64,000 nucleotides of DNA from an uncultured Candidatus Saccharibacteria bacterium (GTDB taxonomy: Bacteria; Patescibacteriota; Minisyncoccia; Sungbacterales; HO2-52-23), in NCBI GenBank assembly GCA_964585475.1, contig CAZPDF010000001.1, forward strand, positions 81,337 to 145,336, written 5' to 3'. Below the pieces are notes generated by a model. It had not been told where the DNA came from, ran no database searches, and saw only the letters and a program-made list of their open reading frames with translations. Of this stretch, positions 9,955 to 18,783 are shown one piece after another (position 1 is the stretch's first letter; each line of letters begins with the position of its first letter). A program made the translations under genes and the position numbers.

Positions 9955-10674
9955 ATGTGGAAAAACAACAAGGTATCTGTAATTTTGACGAGTTATCGGG
10001 AGAAGAATTCAATCCGGAGTATAATTGAAGAATTTTTCGCAACCGGAGTAGTGGACGAGGTAATGGTTGTGGACAATAATGCAGAGGAGGGGAGCGTTGC
10101 GGAAGTTAAAAAAACAGGCGCCCGACTTATTTTTGAGAAAAAACAAGGGCACGGTTTTGCGCTCCGGCGGGGAATGACAGAGGCCCGGGGGGATTACGTA
10201 ATCCTTTGCGAGGCAGACGGATCTTTTGATCCAAGGGACGTCGAGAAATTCCTGGCCTATGCGCCAAGTTTTCCGGTCGTTCTGGGGACCCGCACTAATA
10301 CCAGCTTGATCCAGCCGGATTCTGCCATGTTCTTTCTACGCCGCCTGGCAGATATTTTTGAAGGCCGCCTTATTGAGCTTTTATTTATGTCCAGCACCAT
10401 TACGGATGTCGGGTGCACTTATAGATTATTTCATAGAGATATTATCCAGATGCTTTCCGGGGTTTGGCTGACCGGTGATTCGCATTTCGTTACGGAAACC
10501 ACTCTGCAAATTGCTGCGAGGAAAATTCCTTTTATTGAAATTCCCGTGGCCTTTCGAAAACGCGTGGGCGAATCCTTTATGACCGGAAATCTATTTAAAA
10601 TCGCCAAATGGGGAGTTAAACTTCTCATTTTCATAATAGTTTTCAGATTAAGATGGATTTTTAAGCGGAGTTAA
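9955..10674 (+). CDS. GT2 glycosyltransferase (polyprenol-phosphate mannose synthase-like)
   Basis: VSVIL..VVDNN..CEADGS, DVGCTYR, R.GES motifs. Confidence 0.85.
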   Translation: MWKNNKVSVILTSYREKNSIRSIIEEFFATGVVDEVMVVDNNAEEGSVAEVKKTGARLIFEKKQGHGFALRRGMTEARGDYVILCEADGSFDPRDVEKFLAYAPSFPVVLGTRTNTSLIQPDSAMFFLRRLADIFEGRLIELLFMSSTITDVGCTYRLFHRDIIQMLSGVWLTGDSHFVTETTLQIAARKIPFIEIPVAFRKRVGESFMTGNLFKIAKWGVKLLIFIIVFRLRWIFKRS

Positions 10675-10675
10675 A

Positions 10676-10710
10676 CCCCGCCTTTGACCGCAGGGCATGC
10701 CAGGGCGGGG
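10676..10710. repeat. Short CCCCGCC...GGCGGGG element directly after the stop codon
   Basis: Flanks TAAA/TAAG; internal TTGACCGCAGGGCAT resembles the copies at 27126, 50799 and 53871. Confidence 0.75.
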
Positions 10711-10757
10711 TAAGGGCGTAAAGAGTTAGCCGTAGGGTAGCGTTTTAAGAAATAAAT

Positions 10758-12401
10758 ATGCGCGAGAAAACTATTTTTTTTCTCATTATATTTTCCATCT
10801 CGTTTTTTTTCTCCACATATAAACTTACCGAGAGTCCGCCCACGTGGTATGATGAGGGTTTTTTCTTCAACGTCGCCAGAAGCTACGCAGAATTTAACGA
10901 ATATAAATTTCAGGTAGCTCCGGGTGAATTTGTGCCCATGGGAAGGTATCTTACGGTTGGGTATCCGGTTATTTTCCCGGTTAGTATCTCGATGAAATTA
11001 GCCGGAGTGGGCCTCTTTCAGGAGCGAGCAGTAATGGCGGCTTTTATTCTCCTCTTAGTATGCGCGGTCTTCTTCTTTTTCTTGAGGAGACATGCCCCTG
11101 CGGAGGCGTTTCTTTTCACCCTGTTTTTTATAAGTTTTGGGTCTCTTTATGGAAATGGGAAAAATTTACTGGGCGAGATACCGGGAATTTTCTTTCTCAC
11201 AGCATTTTTATTGTTCTTTAACCTGCTTTTGGAAAAGAATCGGGGAAAAATGTATTTTGCCCTGCTCGCCGGTACTGCCTTGGGCCTCGGCATACTCTGC
11301 AAGCCCATTTTTATACTGGTAATCCCCGCATTTATAATCACTTTTTTGATTTTACGAAAAGATATACTGTTGAAAATCACGCGTAAGCACCTGGTTTTAT
11401 TTTTAGCTGCCGTTTTGGTGCCGCTTCTGGCCGCTATTTTTATTCAGTTTAATCGCTCGGACGATTCTTTGCTGACGGCTATTTTATTTTATATGAATCC
11501 TGCCGGCTGGAGTGGTTTTTCTGAAGTGCCGTCTATAATAATGCAAAATCTCCTGCGTCTGGTAACCGGTGCCACACCCTTGCATTTTCTTCTGCTCCTC
11601 GCTATCTGGACTTGGTGGATAGTGAAAAGAGTTCGCTGCAATTCTATACATTCTTTGCCTCCTGGCGAGCTATTCACTTTTTTATTTGTTATTTTAGTGG
11701 GATTTGCTTATTTAAGGACCCTTGGATGGTATAAGTATTTCTTTCCCGCGCATATGATGGTTTTTCTCTATTTCCCCGCCGCTCTTAAGGCACTTATAGA
11801 ACTGATAACGAGCAAATCCGCAAATGTCATTCTGAGCGTAGCGAAGAATCTCCCGCTTTGGGCGCAAAAGATCCTTCACGGAGCCTACCCTGAGATTCTT
11901 CACTTCGTTCAGAATGATGATCGAAGGGTTCAGGATGACAGCGGAAAAAGTGTCTTACTCGCTACCAATTCTGAATCTTCCATACAATATCTAAGAGGAC
12001 GGTTTGGGTTTCCTAATTTATTTCAGTGGGCGTTCATCGTCATAATTGTGATACAATTTTATCACCTGGTGTTTTTATCCTGGGTTTCCGGTTACTATTC
12101 AAGTACGCAGTCCAAAGAATTATCTGATTATTTTTCCGGCATTTCGCACGAAGAGAGTGTTTTTATCCACAGCGCCCCGGAAGCGGTTCTTTTCGTCCCT
12201 TCCAGTAACTATTATTTGTATCTGGATGATGTAATGGTAAGAAATATTGGCGCAGAACAGCTCGAGAAACTCGCCAGTGGAGTTCCCGACGTCGTTATTA
12301 TTCCTACGGAGTTAATAGATAGCCAGAGACAGTACCTCGCGCATTATAGAAAAGAAAAAGAACTCGTGGGTCAGTACACTGTTTTGAGAAAAGCGCCATG
12401 A
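10758..12401 (+). CDS. GT-C (ArnT/PMT-like) integral membrane glycosyltransferase with an in-frame insertion of about 58 aa
   Basis: WYDEG motif after the first TM; many TM segments. Confidence 0.8.
   Translation: MREKTIFFLIIFSISFFFSTYKLTESPPTWYDEGFFFNVARSYAEFNEYKFQVAPGEFVPMGRYLTVGYPVIFPVSISMKLAGVGLFQERAVMAAFILLLVCAVFFFFLRRHAPAEAFLFTLFFISFGSLYGNGKNLLGEIPGIFFLTAFLLFFNLLLEKNRGKMYFALLAGTALGLGILCKPIFILVIPAFIITFLILRKDILLKITRKHLVLFLAAVLVPLLAAIFIQFNRSDDSLLTAILFYMNPAGWSGFSEVPSIIMQNLLRLVTGATPLHFLLLLAIWTWWIVKRVRCNSIHSLPPGELFTFLFVILVGFAYLRTLGWYKYFFPAHMMVFLYFPAALKALIELITSKSANVILSVAKNLPLWAQKILHGAYPEILHFVQNDDRRVQDDSGKSVLLATNSESSIQYLRGRFGFPNLFQWAFIVIIVIQFYHLVFLSWVSGYYSSTQSKELSDYFSGISHEESVFIHSAPEAVLFVPSSNYYLYLDDVMVRNIGAEQLEKLASGVPDVVIIPTELIDSQRQYLAHYRKEKELVGQYTVLRKAP
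11799..11971. mobile_element. Family E/B composite element translated in-frame
   Basis: GAACTGATAACGAGCAAATCCGCAAATGTCATTCTGAGCGTAGCGAAGAATCT ... CAGGATGACAGC..TTACTCGCTACCAATTC matches 84-277. Confidence 0.85.
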
Positions 12402-13414
12402 CGGGATCTAATGCTTCAAAAATCATTTGTCCCATCTGCGGCCGGACAAGCGATATCCAAGAAAGCAGATTTGAGAATTTTCTCGTCTGCTTATTGTGTG
12501 GCGGACATTTTGCAAAAAAGACCGAAGCGCCCGCTTATCTCGAGGATTATTTTGAGGAAGAAGGCACATCCTTTATCCCCCCACCAAAAGACCACGGGTA
12601 CAGGCCCGTGGATGAATGGAATAGTAACCTGAAGGGTAAGGAAGGACACCATGGGCGTAAGCCCATGGTGGGGGGATTTATATACCTGGCAGCAAGACCC
12701 CTCGCTCGGCTTTTTCTCTGGATGCGGCTAAGAAAAATCTTTCGTCTGCCCAAAACCATCCGGATTTTGGATTATGGGGCCGGGGATGGTAAGTTAGTTG
12801 CCTATCTTCGCTCCCACGGGCTTGACGCTGTCGGCTTTGATCCGAGCCCGGCCGCAGTCAAAGTTGCTCGTAATCACGGACGGCCGGTGTACTCGCGGAT
12901 TGATGGCCCTCTTTTTGACTTAATGATGTTCTGGCATAGTTTGGAGCATGCGGAATGGCCACTCGAGGTTATTGCGGGCGCCCGAGAGCATTTGGGGACA
13001 GGAGGCCGGCTTTTGATTGCAGTGCCTAATGCCGCCAGTTGGGAGGCCAGGTTTTTTGGGTCTCTATGGTTCCATTATGATTACCCCTTTCATGTGGTCC
13101 AATTTACACCGGTCTCCCTCTCGTATATGCTGGAAAAAAACGGTTTTAAAATTACTTCATGGGATTTTTTTAGTCCGGAGTATACGTTATCAGGTCTAGT
13201 ACAGTCGTTCCTGAACCTTTTTTTCCCTAAAAACTTTCTTTATAGTTTATTTAGTCAACGCCGATTTGGAATTTCTCGAGCGTATGCGCGCCTGTATCTT
13301 GTTCCAGCCCTGCCTTTAATCGTAATTTTCTTGCCGTTTCTGGTGTTGTTTTTCTTTTTAGAACTGGTATGTAGGAGAAGTGGGGCCATGATTGTGATGG
13401 CGGAGCGCCAATAA
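12398..13414 (+). CDS. Class I SAM methyltransferase with an N-terminal CxxC..CxxC motif
   Basis: ILDYGAGDG, WHSLEH, VPN motifs. Confidence 0.85.
   Translation: MTGSNASKIICPICGRTSDIQESRFENFLVCLLCGGHFAKKTEAPAYLEDYFEEEGTSFIPPPKDHGYRPVDEWNSNLKGKEGHHGRKPMVGGFIYLAARPLARLFLWMRLRKIFRLPKTIRILDYGAGDGKLVAYLRSHGLDAVGFDPSPAAVKVARNHGRPVYSRIDGPLFDLMMFWHSLEHAEWPLEVIAGAREHLGTGGRLLIAVPNAASWEARFFGSLWFHYDYPFHVVQFTPVSLSYMLEKNGFKITSWDFFSPEYTLSGLVQSFLNLFFPKNFLYSLFSQRRFGISRAYARLYLVPALPLIVIFLPFLVLFFFLELVCRRSGAMIVMAERQ
12576..12676. mobile_element. 101-bp element with TCCCCCCACCA IR and TTTA duplication, in-frame (+35 aa)
   Basis: Perfect 11-bp IR; TTTA at 12572-75 and 12677-80; 101+4=105 nt. Confidence 0.9.
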
Positions 13415-13427
13415 GAGGCTTCTAGGT

Positions 13428-14678
13428 ATGGATCCCGTTATACCTAACATGAAAGTGAATACAAATTGCCGCATGTGTAAAGGCAAATCTTTACGCATGT
13501 TTTTGGATCTCGGAAAAACGCCTCTGGCCAATGCCTTTTTGCGAGAGAAGGATCTTAACTCTCCGGAACAAACTTATCCTTTGCGGGTATTTTTTTGCGA
13601 GTCCTGCCATTTAAGCCAACTGGTTGATGTGGTTTCTCCGGAAGTTTTATTCCGGGATTATGTCTATTTCTCTTCCGGGGTTGCGAACGTGCCGGAGCAC
13701 TTCCGAAGATATGCGGAAAATGTCGTGGAGAGGTTTCTCCCCGGGCGTTCCGGATTCGTGGTTGAGATTGGCAGCAATGACGGGGTCCTGCTGGGCGTTA
13801 TTAAGAATTTGGGCATTAACGTATTAGGGGTGGATCCGGCGGAAAATATTGCCGTGGTTGCAAATTCCCGGGGAATTCCTACCCTTCCTGAATTTTTTAG
13901 CGTCCGTCTTGCCGACTCGATCGCCAGAGAACACGGCAAGGCAGATGCCATAATCGCCAATAATGTTTTTGCGCATATTGACGATCATTATGATCTTATC
14001 CGCGGAGTAAGAGCGCTTCTCAAACCCAAAGGCGCATTTATTTTTGAAGCGCCTTATATCGTTGATATGTTTGAGAACTTGGCCTTTGACACCATTTATC
14101 ACGAACATCTCTCATTTCTCTCGGTCAAGCCCCTCGTACAACTTTTTAATCAGTTTGGAATGGAAGTTTTTGACGTAGAGATTCATCCCGTTCATGGTAA
14201 TTCCATTCGAATCTTTGCGGGACATAAAGGAGCGCATCCCGTATCTTCCCGCGTTCATGATTTTCTTGAGAAAGAGCAAAGCATGGGACTTAGTTCTTTC
14301 TCCACGTATGAAGGGCTGGCCTCAGCTGTTTCTGCCCTTAAAGAAAAGCTTTTGTCGCTTTTGCAGGAACTTCATAGAGATGGGAAAAAAATTGCTGCCT
14401 ACGGCGCTCCAGCTAGAGGCAATACCATATTGAATTATTTAGGGGTTAATCGGGAATTGATATCTTTCGCAACCGAAGAACTGCCTTCCAAGATTGGTTT
14501 CTATACTCCCGGAACTCGCTTGCCGATTATTCCTATAGCAGAAGCCAGAAAGAATCCGCCGGATTATTTTCTGCTTCTGGCCTGGAGTTATAAAGACATG
14601 GTGCTTAAAAAGGAGCAGGCGTTCCGTGAACAAGGCGGCAAGTTTATTCTTCCGGTAGGAGATGTTAGCATTGTTTAA
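13428..14678 (+). CDS. NDP-hexose C-methyltransferase
   Basis: CRMC..LDLG.TPLAN..C..C.L.QL, EIGSNDG, FDTIYHEH, YGAPARG, LLLAW. Confidence 0.9.
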   Translation: MDPVIPNMKVNTNCRMCKGKSLRMFLDLGKTPLANAFLREKDLNSPEQTYPLRVFFCESCHLSQLVDVVSPEVLFRDYVYFSSGVANVPEHFRRYAENVVERFLPGRSGFVVEIGSNDGVLLGVIKNLGINVLGVDPAENIAVVANSRGIPTLPEFFSVRLADSIAREHGKADAIIANNVFAHIDDHYDLIRGVRALLKPKGAFIFEAPYIVDMFENLAFDTIYHEHLSFLSVKPLVQLFNQFGMEVFDVEIHPVHGNSIRIFAGHKGAHPVSSRVHDFLEKEQSMGLSSFSTYEGLASAVSALKEKLLSLLQELHRDGKKIAAYGAPARGNTILNYLGVNRELISFATEELPSKIGFYTPGTRLPIIPIAEARKNPPDYFLLLAWSYKDMVLKKEQAFREQGGKFILPVGDVSIV

Positions 14679-14679
14679 T

Positions 14680-14815
14680 TACTTTGGGTTACGAAATACA
14701 ACAATCAGCGTATGATTGGCGTGCCTATCGGCGTAAAATCAGCGTTGGCGCCGATAAAACGCCGAATTGTACGCTGAAGATGACGCTGATATACGGCATT
14801 TCGTAATTGAGGGTT
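14680..14815. repeat. Family G palindromic element upstream of rfbB
   Basis: TTACGAAAT / ATTTCGTAA IR with internal ATCAGCGT/ACGCTGAT units; homologous to 15875-15998. Confidence 0.7.
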
Positions 14816-14819
14816 AACT

Positions 14820-15872
14820 ATGGCATCGTTCAAAAATATTTTGATTTGTGGCGGATCGGGCTTCATGGGTTCGCATTTTGTACGCCATATGTACCAAAAA
14901 TATCCGGAATATCGGATCGTAAATTATGATTTACTGACCTACGCCGGAAATAATTTGAATCTTCAGGATATTGAGGAGGATGCGATGGGTTTTCAGGAAA
15001 GCGAGCGAAGGTATGAATTTATTAAAGGAGATATTTGTGATTATGAGTTTCTTAAAAAAGTTTTTGAGAAAAATAATTTCGCGGCGGTGGTCAATTTTGC
15101 TGCCGAATCGCACGTTGACCGATCCATTGTAGATGCGCATCAATTTGTTCGCACCAATATCCAAGGGGTGCATGTTTTGATTGAATTAGTGCGTTCTTTT
15201 CGTACTCCAAAATTTATCCAAATTTCTACGGATGAGGTCTTCGGCGACGTGCCGCAGGGCAATTCGAACGAGGAGAGTCCTTTTCAGCCATCCAGCCCTT
15301 ACTCTGCTTCCAAAGCGAGTGCCGATCTTCTGGTGCAGGCCTTTATCCGTACCCACAGGGTCCCGGCTATTATTCTCCGTAGTTCCAATAATTTCGGACC
15401 GTATCAATATCCCGAAAAGCTTATGCCTCTGGCTATTTCCTCATTCTTAGATGGCGAGAAACTACCTGTGCACGGAAGCGGGGAGCATGAAAGAAGCTGG
15501 ATTTACGTTAATGATTTTTGCCGGGCTTTGGATCTCGTTATGCACGAGGCCCGCCCCCATACCGTATACAATATTTCCGGGACACCCATGAAAAATCTTG
15601 AGGTGATTCGAGCGATTGCTTCTTTGCTCGGAAAAAATCCGCGTGATCACATTGTGCATACTAGTGATCGTCCGGGCGCGGATTTGCGCTACGCCCCCGA
15701 ATGTTCAAAAATTCAAAGAGAATTGAAATGGGCGCCCGTACACGATTTTGGCAGCGCTTTGATAAAAACCGTTGCTTGGTACGAAAATAACCGGGATTGG
15801 TGGCAGACGATAAAGCAGTCCGAAGTATTTAGAAATCATTTCGAGAAACAGTCGAAAGCGCAATACTATTAA
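14820..15872 (+). CDS. rfbB: dTDP-glucose 4,6-dehydratase
   Basis: GGSGFMG, DLLTYAGN, FAAESHVDRSI, ISTDEV, PSSPYSASKA, NNFGPYQYPEKL. Confidence 0.95.
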   Translation: MASFKNILICGGSGFMGSHFVRHMYQKYPEYRIVNYDLLTYAGNNLNLQDIEEDAMGFQESERRYEFIKGDICDYEFLKKVFEKNNFAAVVNFAAESHVDRSIVDAHQFVRTNIQGVHVLIELVRSFRTPKFIQISTDEVFGDVPQGNSNEESPFQPSSPYSASKASADLLVQAFIRTHRVPAIILRSSNNFGPYQYPEKLMPLAISSFLDGEKLPVHGSGEHERSWIYVNDFCRALDLVMHEARPHTVYNISGTPMKNLEVIRAIASLLGKNPRDHIVHTSDRPGADLRYAPECSKIQRELKWAPVHDFGSALIKTVAWYENNRDWWQTIKQSEVFRNHFEKQSKAQYY

Positions 15873-15874
15873 TC

Positions 15875-15998
15875 TACCTTTGATTATGAAATTAAATTTC
15901 AGCGTACCGTTCAGCGAAATATCAGCGGGGAGCCGCTGAAAAGACGCTGATTTAATACGCTGATCTGACGCGGATAACCCATTTCGTAATTGAAGGTA
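15875..15998. repeat. Family G palindromic element upstream of rfbD
   Basis: TACCTTTGATTATGAAAT / ATTTCGTAATTGAAGGTA (15/18 IR); TCAGCG x3 facing CGCTGA x3. Confidence 0.75.
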
Positions 15999-16002
15999 AT
16001 CC

Positions 16003-16974
16003 ATGGCAAAGATAGCGATCATTGGCTCCACGGGACAACTTGGCTATGATCTTTTGCGTTATGCTCCCGAGTCGGACACCGTGGTGGGTTTGGGGCACGG
16101 GGATATTGAAATAACGGACGCCAAAAACGTTACCGCAGTTTTGGAAAAGATCCGACCGGATATCGTAATAAACGCGGCGGCTTTTAATGAAACAGAAGAG
16201 GGAGAAAAAAATCCGATATTGCCTTTCAGCATCAATGCGGTTGGCGCATATCATGTGGCCAAGATCGCCGCAGATATTGGCGCCGCGGTCGTTCTCTTAA
16301 GCACGGATTACGTGTTTGACGGCACTAAGCCCTCCTTTAGCGAGGAAGATATACCGAATCCCCTCAATGTTCACGGCGCGTCAAAATACGCGGGGGAAAT
16401 ATTGACGCGGATTGCCAACCCCCGCAATTTTATTATCCGCACCGGATGGCTATTTGGAAAAAACACCAGCCATAAAGGATACAATTTTGTAACCCTGATG
16501 CTTGAGAAGGCCAAAAGCGAGAAGGAAATTAAGGTAGTGAACGACCAGGCGGGCAAGCCGACTTATACCGTTGATTTGGCGATTAAGATCTATGAACTTC
16601 TTCACCCCGTTACTCCCATGAAGCTCCGGCTTTCGGGGCGGAGCGGAATGGAAGTTGAAGGCCATCTATCAGCTTCCTTGGGAGAATCCTTACCCTTTAG
16701 AGCGGGGAGTAACGGGGTTCATAAAAATCCGCCGCATGGAATTTATCATCTTACCAATGAAGGCCAGGCAAGCTGGTTTGATTTTGCAAGAGAAATTTTT
16801 GAGCTCTCGCATCTTTCGGTGAAAGTAACTCCCATCTCAACGCTTGAGAGCGGATCCAAAATCAGGAGACCTAAATTTTCTATTCTCGAGAACCGCGCCA
16901 TACAAAAAATTGGTTTAGCGCCTCTTAGGTCTTGGCAGGAAGCGCTCGCTCGCTATCTTGAAGAAATAAAATAA
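16003..16974 (+). CDS. rfbD: dTDP-4-dehydrorhamnose reductase family protein with a 39-aa insertion
   Basis: GSTGQLG, STDYVFDG, VVNDQ.G.PT, GIYHL, RP.FS.L. Confidence 0.9.
   Translation: MAKIAIIGSTGQLGYDLLRYAPESDTVVGLGHGDIEITDAKNVTAVLEKIRPDIVINAAAFNETEEGEKNPILPFSINAVGAYHVAKIAADIGAAVVLLSTDYVFDGTKPSFSEEDIPNPLNVHGASKYAGEILTRIANPRNFIIRTGWLFGKNTSHKGYNFVTLMLEKAKSEKEIKVVNDQAGKPTYTVDLAIKIYELLHPVTPMKLRLSGRSGMEVEGHLSASLGESLPFRAGSNGVHKNPPHGIYHLTNEGQASWFDFAREIFELSHLSVKVTPISTLESGSKIRRPKFSILENRAIQKIGLAPLRSWQEALARYLEEIK
16605..16717. mobile_element. Family A-like element, TTCA duplication, in-frame in rfbD
   Basis: CCCCGTTACTCCC / GGGAGTAACGGGG perfect 13-bp IR; TTCA at 16601-04 and 16718-21; 113+4=117 nt. 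Confidence 0.92.
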
Positions 16975-16999
16975 CTTTCCTAAAATATAATTCTTTCAT

Positions 17000-17398
17000 A
17001 TGTCATTCCATAACCATCGAATTCACGAAGACAATCGCCGCAAGGGTCATTATGACATAATCCCGGGCCTGGCCGGGGACATGAATTTCAGCGTTCAGAA
17101 TCCGAACATATATCCGGACGAATTACACATGCATAAAATTCATACGGATTATTTTACCGTGGCCAAGGGCAGGGCCGTTTTCCGCATGGTACATGAGGAC
17201 GGGAAGGAAGAGCACGCCGTATTGGAAGAAAAAGACGGGAAAACCCTGATTATTCCACCCGGCATCTGGCATAATTACGTGGCATTGGAGCCCACCATCC
17301 TTGTTTTTTACACTGATCGTAAATTCGACCCTAAGGATGAGTTCCGTAAAAAGATCGACCCCAAAGAATGGCAAAAAATAGTTAAAACAAAACCATAA
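17000..17398 (+). CDS. Cupin, RfbC/FdtA-like sugar epimerase or isomerase
   Basis: HMHK..TDYF, LIIPPGIWH; follows rfbB-rfbD. Confidence 0.7.
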   Translation: MSFHNHRIHEDNRRKGHYDIIPGLAGDMNFSVQNPNIYPDELHMHKIHTDYFTVAKGRAVFRMVHEDGKEEHAVLEEKDGKTLIIPPGIWHNYVALEPTILVFYTDRKFDPKDEFRKKIDPKEWQKIVKTKP

Positions 17399-17440
17399 CT
17401 TTGGTCAACTCCCGGTGTTGACCAGGGGTGTCAGCTGCCC

Positions 17441-17469
17441 TTGACTGATGTGGGGGTTTATTATACTCT
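17441..17469 (+). promoter_or_regulatory. Sigma70-like promoter
   Basis: TTGACT-17 nt-TACTCT. Confidence 0.5.
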
Positions 17470-17479
17470 GTGTTAAGAA

Positions 17480-18166
17480 TTGCTGCGGATAGGGGGAGTA
17501 ATGGGAAGCTCAAGCCCGTTCTTTACGAACTTGGACGATAATTTGGTGTTTATGGCGCGAGTGTTTAAGGATGCCGAGCCAGCCGGATTTATTGCAGACG
17601 TGGTGTATCTTTTCGGGCAGACCTCCGATAATGAGGATTCTCCGATTGAGGTTGGGGCAGAACTCTGGCATACGGGGCGTGCGGCTTTAGTTGGAATCGG
17701 CGATTGCGAAACCGGACATGGCTATCCGGGATTTGCCGTGTGGCACGCTAAGCTTAGGAAGCTTGGTGTTCCACCTACGAATATTGTTCCCGTCAAGATT
17801 TCTTCAGGAGTGAACGTGAATACACTTACCGAATCCATCACGCTTGTACTCGAAGCAAAAAAGCAAGGATGGAGAAAGATATTCATGAGTGCGGCTCCAG
17901 TTCATCAGCTTAGGGCATTTCTTACGGTGGTGAATCAGGCCGTCAACTTGTATCCGGAGGTTCTGATTTACAATAAGGCCGGTAGGGAGCTATGGTGGGA
18001 CGAGTATGTGAGCCATTCCCAGGGCATTACCGAGGGCAAGCGATCAGGGATTTTGTATGGAGAGTTTGACCGTATCAGGGATTATTACGTGAAGGGACAT
18101 CTTAGCTCTTTTCCCGAGACACTTTCATATATTCATAGCCGGGATCACTACGCCAAAATTTTGTAA
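17480..18166 (+). CDS. YdcF/DUF218-like protein
   Basis: LGVP..I, NTLTE, HQLRAF; paralog of 43402..44094; start uncertain. Confidence 0.6.
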   Translation: MLRIGGVMGSSSPFFTNLDDNLVFMARVFKDAEPAGFIADVVYLFGQTSDNEDSPIEVGAELWHTGRAALVGIGDCETGHGYPGFAVWHAKLRKLGVPPTNIVPVKISSGVNVNTLTESITLVLEAKKQGWRKIFMSAAPVHQLRAFLTVVNQAVNLYPEVLIYNKAGRELWWDEYVSHSQGITEGKRSGILYGEFDRIRDYYVKGHLSSFPETLSYIHSRDHYAKIL

Positions 18167-18271
18167 GCGGGCAGCAATGTCCGCTTGTTTGTTACTTGCG
18201 GCAGACCTGTTGACTCAGCTTAGCAAACCATTTATCGTATAAAAGTGGTTACATATGAATAGGAGATGATT

Positions 18272-18324
18272 GGGCTGTCCGAAATTAACCTTTTTGATTA
18301 TATAAGGACAGACTTCTAACGGGG
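18272..18324. repeat. Truncated family A element (right end only) supplying the G of a GTG start
   Basis: GACTTCTAACGGGG at 18311-18324, preceded by a CTGTCC/GGACAG inner IR; no left end found. Confidence 0.65.
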
Positions 18325-18755
18325 TGGAAATAACTAAAGGCATAAAACCGGAATTTGCGGATATAAGAGGCGCCATTACCAAAATTCTGGACGATGGCAG
18401 GACGAATATAAAAAGCGTCCTTTTGATCACTTCCAAAAAAGGAGCTATCCGCGCGAATCACTATCATAAAAAAGATACGCACTACTGTTATATGCTTTCG
18501 GGAAAAATGGAGTATTTTGAAAAGCCGGTCCCTAGGTCGCTTGATGCGACCGGGATTCCGGCCGAAGGTTTAGGGATTGACGGAGGAAAGATTGAATCGG
18601 CAGTGCTTGAAGTTGGCGATATGGTTTTTACCCCATCGATGCACGTCCACGCCTTTAAATTTCTTGAAGACACCGTGTGGGTTACGCTTGCCACCGAGTC
18701 AAGGTCGCAGGCCGATTACGAGGCGGACACGGTAAGGGTTAAATTCATAGAATAA
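18324..18755 (+). CDS. Cupin domain protein with a 16-aa in-frame insertion
   Basis: D.RG.I, RANHYHKK..HY.Y..SG, TP..H.HA. Confidence 0.8.
   Translation: MEITKGIKPEFADIRGAITKILDDGRTNIKSVLLITSKKGAIRANHYHKKDTHYCYMLSGKMEYFEKPVPRSLDATGIPAEGLGIDGGKIESAVLEVGDMVFTPSMHVHAFKFLEDTVWVTLATESRSQADYEADTVRVKFIE
18529..18576. repeat. 48-bp hairpin insertion in the cupin gene
   Basis: TCCCTA / TAGGGA ends, inner GGTCGC/GCGACC; removal gives KPVDGG in frame. Confidence 0.65.
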
Positions 18756-18783
18756 GCACAAAATTCAAAGCACAAAATCCAAA

